Positions 37,213-49,827 of a stretch of 64,000 bases of DNA are shown here, piece after piece. The stretch covers positions 2,239,544 through 2,303,543 of the forward strand of contig NW_003314269.1 of the NCBI RefSeq assembly GCF_000143415.4, in the 5' to 3' direction. Under the pieces are notes generated by a model. It searched no databases. It worked only from the letters and a program-made list of their open reading frames with translations, and was not told the origin of the DNA. The first letter of the stretch is position 1. Every line of letters starts with the position of its first letter. The position numbers were made by a program, and so were the translations under genes. The stretch is from Selaginella moellendorffii. Taxonomy: Eukaryota; Plantae; Lycopodiophyta.

Positions 37213-38985
37213 ATGGGTACGGATACCTCCTCCTTGTACGGCACCGCTAGGGACGCTCTCCTCCGCGAGCTTAGGATATGCAAGAGCCTCGATCACCTCC
37301 GCGAGCTCCACTCGCGCAGCAAACTCCTCGATTCCGACGTCTATGCCTCCAATCTCTTGCTCCAAATCTATGGCAATTGGGGCGCTGTGACGGACGCGCG
37401 CCGCCTCTTCGATCGCATCCAGCCCAAGAACGCATTCACCTGGGCGGCAATGCTTGCGACTTACGCCCGCAATGGGCACCTCGCCCAGGCAAGATCTATG
37501 TACGAGGCGATGCCCAATTGGAGCCTTGTGATCTGGAATGTGATGCTCGCAGCGTTTGCCAGGAACAAGGATCTCGATGGCGCCAGACAGATTTTCAGTT
37601 CGATGCGTGAGAAGGATGTTGTGTCTTGGACCACCATGCTATCAGCATTTGCCGTCAATGGGTATTTGCTAGAAGCCCAAACCGTGTTTGAGGCTATGCC
37701 CGAGAGGAACTTGGTGACGTGGAACTCCATGCTGGCGGCGTACGTGCGAGGCAGCCGTACGGACGAGGCCGGTTCATTGTTCGATTCTATGCCCGAGCGG
37801 GATATCGTGTCGTGGACGACTATGCTAATGGCATATGCCCAAGCCGGGTATCTGTTAAAGTCCGAGCATCTCTTCAAAAAGATTCCGGAATATGACCTAG
37901 TATCGTCCAATGCCATGCTCTCGTGCTACTGCCAAATCGGAGAGATAGATTTAGCCGAACGAGTTTTTGATGGAATGAAAGAGAAGAATATCTTCTCTTG
38001 GAACACAATTCTAGCGGGATATGCCCACTGTGGGCATAATGCTATGATAGCAAAGGTTCTAGAGAATATGCCCGAGCTAGACACGGTATCCTGGAATTCC
38101 GTACTGGGCGGACACACGCACAATGGAGACGTAATCAAAGCCAGTGTTGTTTTTGAATCCATGCAAACAAAGAATCTGATATCGTGGACGACGATGCTAA
38201 CAGCATATGCCCAAAACGGGCATCTTGAGGAATCCAAGCAGCTCTTTGATTCGATGGAGGAATGGGACGTTGTGGCCTGCAATGCGATGCTCACGGCATA
38301 TGCCCAAAGCGGGAGCACCCACGAATCTTTGCTCTTTTACGTCCGCATGCCATTCAGGAACACAGCCTCGTACAATGCGTTGATGGTTCTGTACGCTCGA
38401 GCTTGTGATCTTCACGGAGCAAAGAGAGTTTTCGATCGGATCGAGCCAGATCCTGACATGCTCTCATGGAATTCCCTGCTCTCGATCAATGTTCGCAGCG
38501 GAAACCACGAGATTTTCAGCTCCTTGAACATCAGTGGCCGGAATCCGGACGATGTTTCCTGCATTTGTATCCTTATGACTTGCAGCCATGCCGGAGACCT
38601 GAAAGCTGGGATTTCGTGCTTTTGTTCCATCCATTGGGACTATGAACTGGAGGCAAGCAAGCAACACTTTAGCGGTATGATCGATCTCCTCGCACGAAGT
38701 GGCTACATTGAAGAGGCAAGAGATTTGATCGCCACCATGCCTTTTGTTCCCGATTCCTTGGACTGGACGTGTTTGCTCGCCGCTTGTAAGAGCCACAAGC
38801 AAAGAGAGATCCGGGCTGGGGTGGCGAAAGAGCTCCTCGAGCTCAAATCCGACCACACTGCGGCTTATCTCTTGCTAGCCAATGCGTTCTCGAACGAGTT
38901 TCATAGCCATGGGCCTGTGAACGCGGAAGAGAAAAAGGTGGTGGCTGGCAGATCGATCATATTGAGGCATGCAGGCGAGGAATGA
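37213..38985 (+). CDS. PLS-class PPR protein with E domain
   Basis: 590-aa intronless ORF of ~31-aa repeats; TCSHAGDL; MIDLLARSG; DWTCLLAACKSH...AAYLLLAN. Confidence 0.93.
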   Translation: MGTDTSSLYGTARDALLRELRICKSLDHLRELHSRSKLLDSDVYASNLLLQIYGNWGAVTDARRLFDRIQPKNAFTWAAMLATYARNGHLAQARSMYEAMPNWSLVIWNVMLAAFARNKDLDGARQIFSSMREKDVVSWTTMLSAFAVNGYLLEAQTVFEAMPERNLVTWNSMLAAYVRGSRTDEAGSLFDSMPERDIVSWTTMLMAYAQAGYLLKSEHLFKKIPEYDLVSSNAMLSCYCQIGEIDLAERVFDGMKEKNIFSWNTILAGYAHCGHNAMIAKVLENMPELDTVSWNSVLGGHTHNGDVIKASVVFESMQTKNLISWTTMLTAYAQNGHLEESKQLFDSMEEWDVVACNAMLTAYAQSGSTHESLLFYVRMPFRNTASYNALMVLYARACDLHGAKRVFDRIEPDPDMLSWNSLLSINVRSGNHEIFSSLNISGRNPDDVSCICILMTCSHAGDLKAGISCFCSIHWDYELEASKQHFSGMIDLLARSGYIEEARDLIATMPFVPDSLDWTCLLAACKSHKQREIRAGVAKELLELKSDHTAAYLLLANAFSNEFHSHGPVNAEEKKVVAGRSIILRHAGEE

Positions 38986-40423
38986 AACTTTGGAGGCGAT
39001 AAGGGTCTGTAGAGACCTCCCAGCAGCTCGTGAGATTCATGCTCGTCTGAGCGATTCGCTGAAATACGAGGTTTACTTGTGTAACCTGGTGGTCGAAATG
39101 TATGGGAGATGTGGGAGCCCAAGTTCTGCTCGTCAGGTGTTTGATTCGATCCGTCGAAAGAACTTGTTTTCCTGGGTTTTGATGCTTAGTGCATATGCCC
39201 GGAACTGGCATCTACAGGAATGCGGGTTATTATTTGGTTCCATGCCAGAGCAAAACCTCGTATCTTGGACAATCATGCTAGTAGCACACTCCCAATCCGG
39301 AAATGTTGATAAATCTCGTGTAATGTTTCTTGGCATGCCCGAGCATGATCTTGTCGCCTGGAATGCGATGCTTACAGTGTATGCCCGTGAAGGGCATATC
39401 TACGAGGCATCGAGAATCTATGACGGCATGCAAGAACGCAATGTTGTTTCCACGACCGCTTTGCTTTCAGCATTTGTGTCAAATGAACAAATAAGGGAGG
39501 CGGAGGAGTATTTCGAAAGTAAGATGCCAGAATGGAATCTGGTTTCGTGGAACTCCTTGCTGAGCGCGTATGCCCAGGTTGGGTATACACGCGAGGCTGA
39601 GGCTTTGTTTGCGGAAATGCCCGAGGTTGACGTCGTTTCGTGGACGTGCATGATGGTGTTGTATGCCCGGAACCAGCAGCTCGAGAATTCAATGAGGATT
39701 TTTACAATGATTCCGGACAAAGATAGTGCCTGCTGGAATGCATTTCTATCTCAAGTGAGGTGGGAAGGAAAGTTGGAGTCATTGACAGGAGGGAATGTGG
39801 TCTCATCAACGTGTTTGCTCTCTTCGTATGCCCGGCACGGGTACCTTGATCAAACGAAGAATGTGTTTGATTTCATGCAGGAGAGAAACATATTTTCGTG
39901 GAATGCCATGCTAGCAAGCTACGCTAGATCTGGTTCTTGCGAAATGGAGAAATTCTTTTATCAAATGCCGCAGAGAGACTTAGTGTCGTGGAACACTTTT
40001 CTATCTGCATATACCGAGAAAGGGCATACTGATAAAGCTACGAAACTCTTAGAAAGGCTTCCAACAAAAGACCTTGTGTCTTGGAACTCCTTGATGGTCG
40101 CGTTTGCTCGAAAGGGACGATGGCTGGAGACCAAAGATCTCTTTCGGAAGATGGTTTTCACTGAAATGCCAAACGACATAACTTTGGCTGGAATCTTGCT
40201 TGTTGGCAACCACGCCGGGGCTTTTTCGTGGGTTTGCTCTTGTTTTGGATCCATGCGCACCGATTTTGGGATTGACGCGTCGAAGCAGCACTTTGCCAGC
40301 GTTGTGGACACTCTCTCACGAGGCGGATACGTAAAAGAGGCATGGGATCTTGTCGATGACATGCCGTTCTTGCCAGACGAGTTTGATTGGGCATCGCTTT
40401 CGCGTTGTCGGCAGAGCTTTTGA
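38969..40423 (+). CDS. PLS-class PPR protein with truncated E region
   Basis: 484-aa ORF; NLVVEMYGRCGS; PPR repeats; VVDTLSRGG; ends PDEFDWASLSRCRQSF. Confidence 0.9.
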   Translation: MQARNETLEAIRVCRDLPAAREIHARLSDSLKYEVYLCNLVVEMYGRCGSPSSARQVFDSIRRKNLFSWVLMLSAYARNWHLQECGLLFGSMPEQNLVSWTIMLVAHSQSGNVDKSRVMFLGMPEHDLVAWNAMLTVYAREGHIYEASRIYDGMQERNVVSTTALLSAFVSNEQIREAEEYFESKMPEWNLVSWNSLLSAYAQVGYTREAEALFAEMPEVDVVSWTCMMVLYARNQQLENSMRIFTMIPDKDSACWNAFLSQVRWEGKLESLTGGNVVSSTCLLSSYARHGYLDQTKNVFDFMQERNIFSWNAMLASYARSGSCEMEKFFYQMPQRDLVSWNTFLSAYTEKGHTDKATKLLERLPTKDLVSWNSLMVAFARKGRWLETKDLFRKMVFTEMPNDITLAGILLVGNHAGAFSWVCSCFGSMRTDFGIDASKQHFASVVDTLSRGGYVKEAWDLVDDMPFLPDEFDWASLSRCRQSF

Positions 40424-40525
40424 CAAAAGAGAAAGATTGTTCTTGCGTTTCAAATTGAAAGTTTGACAAAAAGCTTGATACCAATCCTTTGAAAGTTCGT
40501 GAATTTTATTGAAAAGAACCTTGAT

Positions 40526-41754
40526 TTACATGAAACCTTTGTCGTCAAGGCAGCTTATTGTGTCGACCAGTGTCTGCTCGTATGGTATTGTCTCCTTGAT
40601 CAAGCTCAAAAGCTTGTCATTCTTGGTGAGCTCTGGAGCAATTCCACCCACGGGCTGGCTCTCATCGCACCTAGAGAAGAAGATCATATACATGGACTGT
40701 GGAGAGAAAATCGACTTACTGGAGCTCGGGATTGCAGTGTTGCGGGAATTTCTTGGCCAGGACGCTGACGACGTCCTTGTAGTGAATGCAATGCGCAAAG
40801 CAAAAGTATCGCCCGGACGCCGCCTCGTTTTCCAAAGCCACAATGTGAGATTCCGCGACGTCTCTCACGTCTACCAGTCGAATCCATGAATTTGGAATGC
40901 TCGATCCTGGATAAGAAAAAAAAAGAGTTTTTTGTTTTCTTCCGCTGTGAGCTTTATACCTTTGATGATATTCTTGAGAGCCTCCACCGTGGTGTTGGAG
41001 GTGGGCTGTAAGATCGGGCCAAAAACCATCACCGGACAGATGACAATCAAGTCGAGGCCTTTCTCCTTTGCAAACTTCCATGCCAGCTTCTCGGATTCGG
41101 TCTTGGCGAGCGAGTACCACGACTGTTTCGATTCACAGAAAGATCAATCAAATACGAAGAGCTCTCGCTTTAGTTTCTTACCTTCCATTCCTTGCAAGCT
41201 TCCGAGTCGCTCCAGCAGCTCTCGTCCACCACCTTATCTTTGGGCCTGTTTGGATCGGCAACAATGGCTGCTCCGGAAGAAGTCATCACCACCCTCTGGA
41301 CTTTCTCGTTGGAGCAAGCAGTCATCACGTTTTCGGTGCCTTGAATCGCAGGACCCAAAACATCCTAGCAACGAAAAGAAACTCGTGAGCGAGATTTAGG
41401 AGGAGAAAGAGATGAGAATACCATACATCTGGATTGTCGAATTGGAAGGCCACAGGACAAGCTGTGTGGAAGACTCCATGGCAGCCGCGAAACGCCGGCA
41501 GCAGTGATTCATAGCTCAGGAGATCGGCCTTGAAAAGTGTGAGGCGCTCCTTTGCTCCATCCAGCCCCAAGAGATGGCCGCATTTTTCTGCTCGATTTGC
41601 CGGTCGATCAGTCAGGATCTTCTTATAACTCGCTAGATCTTTTACCTGGGTTTCTCACCGTGCCACGAACTGTGTAGCCCCTTTGGAGGAGCTTGCACAC
41701 GATCCAGGAGGCGATGAAGCCATTGGCTCCCGTGACGCAAACGATCTTGCCCAT
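40526..41754 (-). CDS. Cinnamoyl-CoA-reductase-like extended SDR (NAD(P)H-dependent)
   Basis: [15 protein letters not shown]; GVFHTACPV; RVVMTSS; DESCWSD; SWYSLAK (YxxxK, but not the NWYCY signature of true CCR); [10 protein letters not shown]; ASGRY. Confidence 0.9.
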
Positions 41755-41851
41755 CGTATAAACGTACAGCTGTATAGAGGATATTTCTTGAGTTAACCAA
41801 TTAGATAAAAAATATTCCAGAGGGCTTTATTCATTCATCCATTCAGATAAC

Positions 41852-43327
41852 TTAAGTTTTAAGATTGTCAAAGACACACTGCTCAAGCCTTGGTGATACT
41901 TGGGCTTGATGAACAACATCCGCAATAACATTGATGACACTGTCAAGGGACAACTTTCCATCTGGAAATCTCCAGTCAAACCCATGGATCAAGTTTGAGA
42001 GCACCAACTGGACGTTCCGCAGCCCAAGAGGAAGCCCTGGACAACCTCGCTTTCCTGATCCAAACGGAAGCAACTCAAAGTCATGGCCATAGACGTTGGT
42101 ATTGCTGCCAACAAATCTCCAAGGCTTGAACTTGTCGGGATCATTTGGCCAAGCCTGGGAGTCCCTTCCAATCGCGTATGCGTTGATGACCACTGTCGCC
42201 TTTGCTGGAATCTCAAAGCCGGCGACTATTCGAGGCTCCGGGGACGTGTGTGGGATCATAAGGGGCAGCGGGGGATGGAGACGAAATGTCTCCTTGATAA
42301 CAGCGTTGACGAGCTCCAGCTTCGCCAAGTCAGACTCCTCCACCATTCGATCTCGCCCAACCACGCTTTCAATCTCTTGCTGGAGTTTCTCCATCCACTC
42401 GGGATTGTGGAGAAGCTCGGCCATAGCCCATTCAATCACGGTTGACGATGTCTCGGAGCCACCAAGAAGTAAGTCCTAGTAAAGAACCACAAAGAGTTAG
42501 CTCGCTCAAATCAAGAGTTTTGAGCTTACTATGAGCAAGGCTTTGAGGTACTCGGGCTCGTGCCTTCGTCATCTCCACAAAGTCGGGAACTTCTCCGGGT
42601 CTTTGCTCGCTCAAAACTTTGTCCAGGAATGCATCCATCTTGCAGTGAGCTTGTTTGCAGCGGGCTATGCTCCAGTCGAGCCAGCTGATACTGGGGAAGT
42701 AATCGGCCAAGGAAAAACTTCCGGCTGACTCTAGCAATTCGTCAATGACCTCCACAAACTCCCGCGCCTCTGGATCATCGCTGGAAGCTTTGGATCCAAA
42801 GTAAGTCTTGTTCATAAGGATGCGAGTCATGACATTGAAGCTCAGTGATCTCAGCTTGCCTCGCAATGGCACCGGTTGATCCCCCTTGGAAGCCTTGGAG
42901 AGCTCGGCAGTAAGATCCCACAGCTCGTCCCGGATGATTTTGGTGAAGGAGGTGACCCTCCTGGCCGTGAAGAGCTCCATGGAACACATCCTCCTAATAT
43001 TCTTGTGGTACTCACCCTCGCCTGTAGTTATACATAGCGATCTCGACGGACACTGTGTGCGAATGCCGCATCGTGGGTTTTGAGGAACTCCTTGGCCATG
43101 GATGAACTGGAAACTACAAAGAGTGGCACGGATCCCAGGCGCAAGTACATGGGGGCTCCAAACTTCTTGGAGAGGTGATAGAGTGAGATATGGGGGAGCC
43201 TTCCCAGGAGATGGAAGTGGCCGATGAGAGGCAAAGCTCTAGGGCCTGGGGGAAGCTTGACGCGCTTGCTCCACATCCATTGCGTGATAAAAAGCAGAGC
43301 AGTTAGAGCGACAATCACTAACAACAT
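41852..43327 (-). pseudogene. Clan-71 cytochrome P450, copy 1, frameshifted
   Basis: LPPGP, KETFRLHPP and FGSGKRGCPG are present, but small deletions near 43020-43052 and ~42555 shift the frame (stop after AFAHSVRRDRYV). Confidence 0.85.
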
Positions 43328-43785
43328 TCTCAGTCTAACTCTTTTTTCTTTAGTGTTGGTGTCAACTTTTTAAAGTGAAGAGAGCCTAGAATAACTTAGA
43401 AGAGTGGTTCTCGTGATTCAAAGTTGTGGGGAGAATAAATTGTCCTCCTGTAGCTAAAAGTCTTAGGCACTACTGAAAGTTGTGAGAATCTTTGAAGCTA
43501 GAAGTCCAATCTTTGCTATCACCTATGCAAGAGAAATAGGCTTTTAAGAATTTTAACTCTCTAAAGATGATTGAGTTTGTACACTCATACTTTAGCCCAA
43601 GGAAAATCTCTCATTTTGATATATCATCTTGAATGAAAGGAATTGACTTAATGATAATTGATAAAATGTAAATGTGCTTATTGAGGAGTATATTTATTAT
43701 TATTGATTAAAATAGTAACCAAACCCAACCTTTTGTTCATGGGATTTAAATTCAAAACATGTTATATGGGCATCTTTAGCTTTTA

Positions 43786-44480
43786 CAGTGAATGCTAAAC
43801 AAGTGGCAAAACTCTATTTCTATGAAATATTATGGGTTCATGAACTTTCAAAGAGATAATCTTGAATAAAGATTTGAGGTTTATGGGAAAATTTTGGGGC
43901 ACACATTCCAGTTGTTTGGTATTAAATTAAAGTTTAATACAACTTATCATCTTCAAACATATGGGCAAACCATATGTATAATTGCTCAAGTTGAGGATTA
44001 TTTGGAATATTATGTCATAACGGTTTAATGTAATTAGGTTGAGCATTTGGACATAATAAAAATCTATTATAATAATAAATTTCACAACATTATTGGTTAT
44101 TCTTTATAGGAGATGCTACAATGAAATACTCATGGGTTCCTCAATAGATCATTATTCTGAAACTAATGTCTTGAAATGTTAGCCTACCCATTGAGACTTA
44201 TGCAAAACAACTAAACTAAAGTTAATCTAAGGCAACTAAGGAAATGGGCAAAACTCAAAATAGGTATCAATGTATTAGCACTACTGAATATAATGTATTA
44301 GGCTAATTGTGGTTATGAATGTTAAGGGGTATTTGTTTTGGAAGCTATTACAAAGATATTGTTAGGCCTTATTCGGTGTTAAAAAGATGGTGATATATCT
44401 TGTAAGTTGAATCTTCTAGATGAATTATCTTGTGCATATGATGTGTTTCATGTTAATTTATTGGCATCATATCATACTCA
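43786..44480 (+). mobile_element. Heavily mutated Gypsy integrase fragment related to the element at 52900-59419
   Basis: Aligns by eye to ~57771-58490 (cagtgaatgc.aaacaag; ttttggggcacac..ttccagttgtttggta; gctcaagttgaggattat; gttgagcatttggaca) with many C>T/G>A changes. Confidence 0.85.
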
Positions 44481-45030
44481 AAATGTTTAATATAAATTTA
44501 TTCTATATTCTCTATTCTTTAGTACTTTAGTAGTTTCATTGTCTTCACTTTTCTTGCCAATGAACTTTTTGACAGTTTAAACATTCTGATATTAATAACT
44601 CACTCTAATTTATAACACATATAAGAAGTTAAAGTTCAGACAAGTAGAACTATATCTTTTAATTTCGTAGGAACTAACATGATAAACCTTAAACCATGGA
44701 TTTTTTGTTTGCTTAAACAAACCTATAGGGACTAAGATGGTAGTGAATATACCTAGAATATATTTGAATATTCTATAATAATTTACCATCTAACAGTTGT
44801 TATTCATTTAGATTAATCTTGTATTTATAATTTATAAAAATGTTTATAATTTGTAAACTTTTTAAAACCCTTTCTAGTATATTCTTTTTTATTTCTATCA
44901 TCTAATAGTTGATATTTAGTCTTGTGTTTATAAATTACAAACACATATAAACTTATAAACTTATAAACGTTATTTGATCAATTGAATTAATAAATAAAAA
45001 TAACATTACTATTAAGCATTTGCAACATTA

Positions 45031-46555
45031 TTATGCTGCAAGAGTGTCAAAAGCACACTGCTGAAGTCTTCGGGAAACATGGGCCACAACAGCATCTGCA
45101 ACAGTATCAACCAATCCAGGGCCACTGTCAAGGGACAGCTTCCTTGTATCTTCTGGAAACCTCCAGTCAAACCCATGGATCAAGTTTGAGAGCACCAACT
45201 GGACGTTCCGCAGCCCAAGAGGAAGCCCTGGACAACCTCGCTTTCCTGATCCAAACGGAAGCAACTCAAAGTCATGGCCATAGACGTTGATATTGCTACC
45301 AACAAATCTCCCAGGCTTGAACTTGTCGGGATCATTTGGCCAAGCCTGGGAGTCCCTTCCAATCGCGTATGCGTTGATGAGCACTGTCGCCTTTGCTGGA
45401 ATCTCAAAGCCCGCAACCAGTCGAGGCTCCGGGGATGTGTGTGGGACCAGCAGCCCCAGCGGGGGATGGAGACGAAATGTCTCCTTGATAACAGCGTTGA
45501 CAAGCTCCAGCTTCGCCAAGTCCGACTCTTCCACCATTCGATCTCGCCCAACCACGATTTCAATCTCTTGCTGAAGTTTTTCTATCCATTCAGGATTGTG
45601 GAGAAGCTCGGCCATAGCCCATTCAGTCGTGGTTGACGATGTCTCGGAGCCAGCAATAAGTAAATCCTAGGCGAGCAAAGAGAGACTTAGCGCGATCAAA
45701 CGAAGAGTTTTCACTTACCATGAGCAACGCTTTGAGAGTCTGGATCTGGTCGGGGCCGTTGACTCGCGCCTTTGTCATCTCCACAAAGTCTGGAATTTCT
45801 CCAGGCCTTTGCTCATCCAAAACATTCTCCAGGAACGCATCCATCTTCCCGTAAGCTCGTCTACACCGGCGGGCTATGCTCCGGTCGAGCCAGCCGATAC
45901 TGGGGAAATAATCTTCTATGGCGAACGCCCCCACTGCCGCTAGCACCTCGTCAATCGTCTCCAAAAAATCCCGCGCCTCTTGGCCACCACCGCCGGAAGC
46001 CTTGGATCCGAAGAAAGTCTTGTTCATGAGGATCCGAGTCATGACATTGAAGCTCAGTGCTCTCAGCTTGCCTCGCAGTGCCACTGGTTGATCCGCCTTG
46101 GAAGCATTGGTGAGCTCGGCAGTGAGGTCCCACAGCTCGTCCCGGATGATTTTGGTGAAGGAGGTGACCCTCCTGGCCGTGAAGAGCTCCATGGAGCACA
46201 TCCGCCGAAGGTTCTTGTGGTACTCACCCTCCGAGAAAGATATGGTCTTGTAGCTATACACGGCCACTTTGGGTGGCCTGTGCGCGAATGCTGCATCGTG
46301 GGTCTTGAGGAACTCCCTGGCCATGGCAGGACTGGAAATCACAATGAGTGGCACGGATCCCAGGCGCAAGTACATGAGGGGTCCGAACTTCTTGGAGAGG
46401 TGATAGAGTGAGATCTGGGGGATCCTTCCCAGGAGATGGAAGTGGCCGATGAGAGGCAAAGCTCTTGGACCTGGGGGAAGATTGGCGCGCTTGCTCCACA
46501 TCCATTGCGTGACAAAGAACACAAGAGCTAGAACGAGGACAGTCGCGAACAACAT
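45031..46555 (-). CDS. Clan-71 (A-type) cytochrome P450, copy 2, intact
   Basis: Membrane anchor, LPPGP, single phase-0 intron before the I-helix (DLLIAGSETSSTT), KETFR, KPGRF, heme motif FGSGKRGCPG. Confidence 0.93.
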
Positions 46556-47272
46556 TCTTAATCTTACTAATCTTTTCTTGAGAGTGTTGTGTCGAACCTT
46601 AGCTGCCTTTTTTAATGTGAAAGTAATAGAACTGAGCTTTAGGACTTGGAAGAGTGGTTGCCACTCTTTTGAACGATTCAAGGGAGCTATTTGCTGCTGG
46701 AAATTTAGATCCGGGAGGAGCGGTTCGCGCGCGCATGAGACACACTCAAAAATGATAAATTTATGCGTTTTGGCCAATCCTGAGTAGCATGTGGTCAAAT
46801 TCTCAGTTCATATAGACGGGAGTCAATCTCTACTATAGCAGCAAAGAATTTAAACGTGACCTCTGTGCTGCTGGTATAGAAAGTTTTCCATCGGGAATCG
46901 ATCTGGAAGATCGCTCTTGGAAAACGATGGACAGTGACAATAGACTCCAGAGCTAGAGAGAAATAGGAGAAGTGTGCTGTTTTGGTGCGAGAGCAAGGCA
47001 ACCTGATATTTGTTACTGGAACAGGAAGGGATCGAGCTAGGGATGGTCTGCTGCTAGAATCGGAGGATTTTCCAGAGAGAATGGCAATCTAGCGCTTGAT
47101 GCGGTCTTTCTATCTGCGATCAGCTATCGCCAAGCAGCATGAAACTGTTGCAAGATAGCTAAAACTCGGATGAATTTATACTTGGAAATTCTCTCATTAT
47201 GAAAATAATACAATCGAATTCTGAGAAATGCCCATACGTTTGCAGGCTTTGGAGTTACAAGACCATGGAAAA

Positions 47273-49453
47273 TCACAGCAGCGCTTCTTGCTTTTTCAGC
47301 TGGAATACCTGCTTTAGAACGTCCTCCACGACCTGGAAATTGGAAATTCAAGCGATCAGGGTTTAGAGATTCTCACTCATACCTTGTCGGGTGTGGAAGC
47401 ACCTGATGTGATACCGATTGTCACGGATCCAGTTGGGAGCCAGTTCTCCTTCTCGACAAGCTCTCCATGCTGCAATCCAAAGTTTTAAAGTTCATGAGGA
47501 GCTGCGAGGAAAGCTAGACATTCTTACGTTGAGCCTGTAAGCGATTTTGTTTCCGGGACCGATCCGTTCTTCAGTGTCGATCCAGTAAGAGGGGATGTTG
47601 TTGATCTCTCCAATCTCTTGGAGATGCGACGTGTTGCTTGAGTTCCAGCCACCGACGACGATAAGGAGGTCGAGCTTCTCTTTCACCAGCGTGAACATCG
47701 CATCTTGCCGCTCCTACGCAGTGATTTACGATATCATTCCGAATTGCAGGACGTCCTAAAACTTTATACCTGAGTAGCGTCACAAATTGTGTTGAAGCTC
47801 ATGAAGTGATCGTTTGTGTTCTCCACTCCATACTTTTGCATCATCGTCCTCTGGAGTAGCTTCCCTGCAAGAAGGTGGTGGTTTTGATCACGCGAGACAC
47901 AATGGCTACATGCTTACCAATATCTTCTGTTTCCCCTTTAAGCATCGTCGTCTGATTCGCAATCCCGACCCTGACGAGATCTTCGTCCGGATCAAAGCCT
48001 TTGGAGGTTGCGTATTTAAATTTCTACAAACAAACAAAAGAAAACCTTGGCTTGTGAGTGAGTAGACTTTCCTTTCAGAGATTTACCTCCAACAGCTCTT
48101 CCTTAGTTCCACTGGAGCCATCGAGCTTTCCACCGAGAATGTAGTCGCACACGTATGTAGCCTGTAGAGAGATAATTAAGATCATTTGGCGATTGATGCA
48201 ACAAATCTAAGGAAGCTACACAAACCTCTTTCATGTTCTTGACGATAATATATTTCCCAGCAAATGAAGCAGTCGCAACAGTCTCCTCGTGAGCATACTT
48301 TCCATGGATCACGGAAGTATATGAGGATTTCTTGTGCTTTTCCACCGAGTTCCAAACCTTTCCACAAACACTCGATTTATTCATAGCTCCAACAGGGAAG
48401 AGAAAAGAGAATACAATACCTTTGCTACCCACGGGCATGTAGTGTCGACGATTTGGACTTTTTTTTCAGCGAGGAGCTGCATCTCTTGGACAGTAGCACC
48501 AAATGCTGGGAACACAACGACGTCTTTCTCTTTCACCACGCTAAAATCTTTGACTTTGTCCTCCACAGGGATCATCTTAATTTCCATCTCCTCCAGTTTC
48601 TAAAGCGGAAAAAGATTATGTAGCATGACAATGGAGTTTCAAGTGCATACCTGGTTCACGGTAGGATTGTGAATGATTTCGTTGGTGATCCAGATATGCT
48701 GATCCGGGAACTGTTTACGTGCTTCGTATGCTATTTGCACGGCACGCTCCACTCCCCAGCAAAATCCATAGGAATTTGCAAGTTTCACCGTGACATCTCC
48801 CCAAGTGTACGAGTAATCGTTCTCCTTGAGCGACTTAAGCATGTCACCTGACCAGAAATTGAAAACTCTTAGCCAGTGGACCGCAATAGTTGGAAATGCC
48901 ATAGCAAGGATGAAAGCATTTGAAAGAAAGAAAGAAACAACATCTAAAATCAAGCATCAATGAAAGATGGCTTGCAAAGATCACGAAGTTTGGAATACCA
49001 TAGCAAGCATCAATCCAGCAAATCGTTGGAGCAAAGCTCGCGAAGTAAGTAGAAAAACTAGGCAAGAAAATCAAAGGAGTATGACCGCAAGAACTCATGC
49101 AAAGTGGAAAAACAAAGGAATAGATCTTCTTCACCAGGAAAGTTTCTAGGCGAGCAAAGCTTACTTGTGTTGTATTCTTGATCCAGCCTCTCGAGCGTCT
49201 CCTTCTTGTAGCCAAATCCACTCCGGTTGTAATTGTCGCTCCTCATCAAATTCTTGCGAAAGATCTTGGAATCGAAGCTGCCCTCTGGCTCCACAGCCAC
49301 ATTGGCGCTCTTGTTCTCCGCCGCCTCGCATCGAATCCCTCGCCCTCGCCCAACCCTCACGCTCACAACCCTCTCGCCACAGGCGCTGGATGAGCAGCTG
49401 GGCCGCCGCGCGAGCGCTAGATTACCCGACACCACGGCTCGACTGGTCGCCAT
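47273..49453 (-). CDS. HDR: 4-hydroxy-3-methylbut-2-enyl diphosphate reductase (MEP pathway)
   Basis: Transit peptide; [22 protein letters not shown]; [12 protein letters not shown]; IVDTTCPWV; [10 protein letters not shown]; [11 protein letters not shown]; [12 protein letters not shown]; TSGASTPD. Confidence 0.97.
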
Positions 49454-49827
49454 TCTCTCTGGAAATCCTCCGATTCTAGCAGCAGACCATCCCTAGCTCG
49501 AGATGGATCGATCCCTTCTCTTGTTGGGTGTGGCGTGGCGGCGACCCCAGTAACAAACAGTCAATTCAAACAGTGAGAGACCGATGGATGTCTCATGCGC
49601 GCGCGCGAATCGCTCCTCCCGGACCTAAATTTCGAGCAGTCCTTGAATTGAATAGAAATTTTCCCCCTCGAATCGTTGAACGAGTGGCAACCACTCTTCC
49701 AAGTACTAGTCTCTGCTCGCCCTCGATTAAATTAATTAATCGAATTCTAATTAAAACGGCAGCAAGGTTTGACACAACACTCATTCACTCGCTGGAGAAG
49801 AGTCTCAAGCAAAGAGTTAAACTGGCA

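Noticed and set aside
40526-41754. Calling this gene bona fide CCR, and the CYPs the lycophyte F5H, as a lignin cluster
   Set aside because: It has SWYSLAK rather than NWYCYGK, and I cannot assign the CYPs to a known lignin family from sequence alone.
45623-46798. Long N-terminal extensions of the CYP ORFs (also 49528-49827)
   Set aside because: They start at non-ATG codons; the true starts are the ATGs before the membrane anchors (46555 and 49828).
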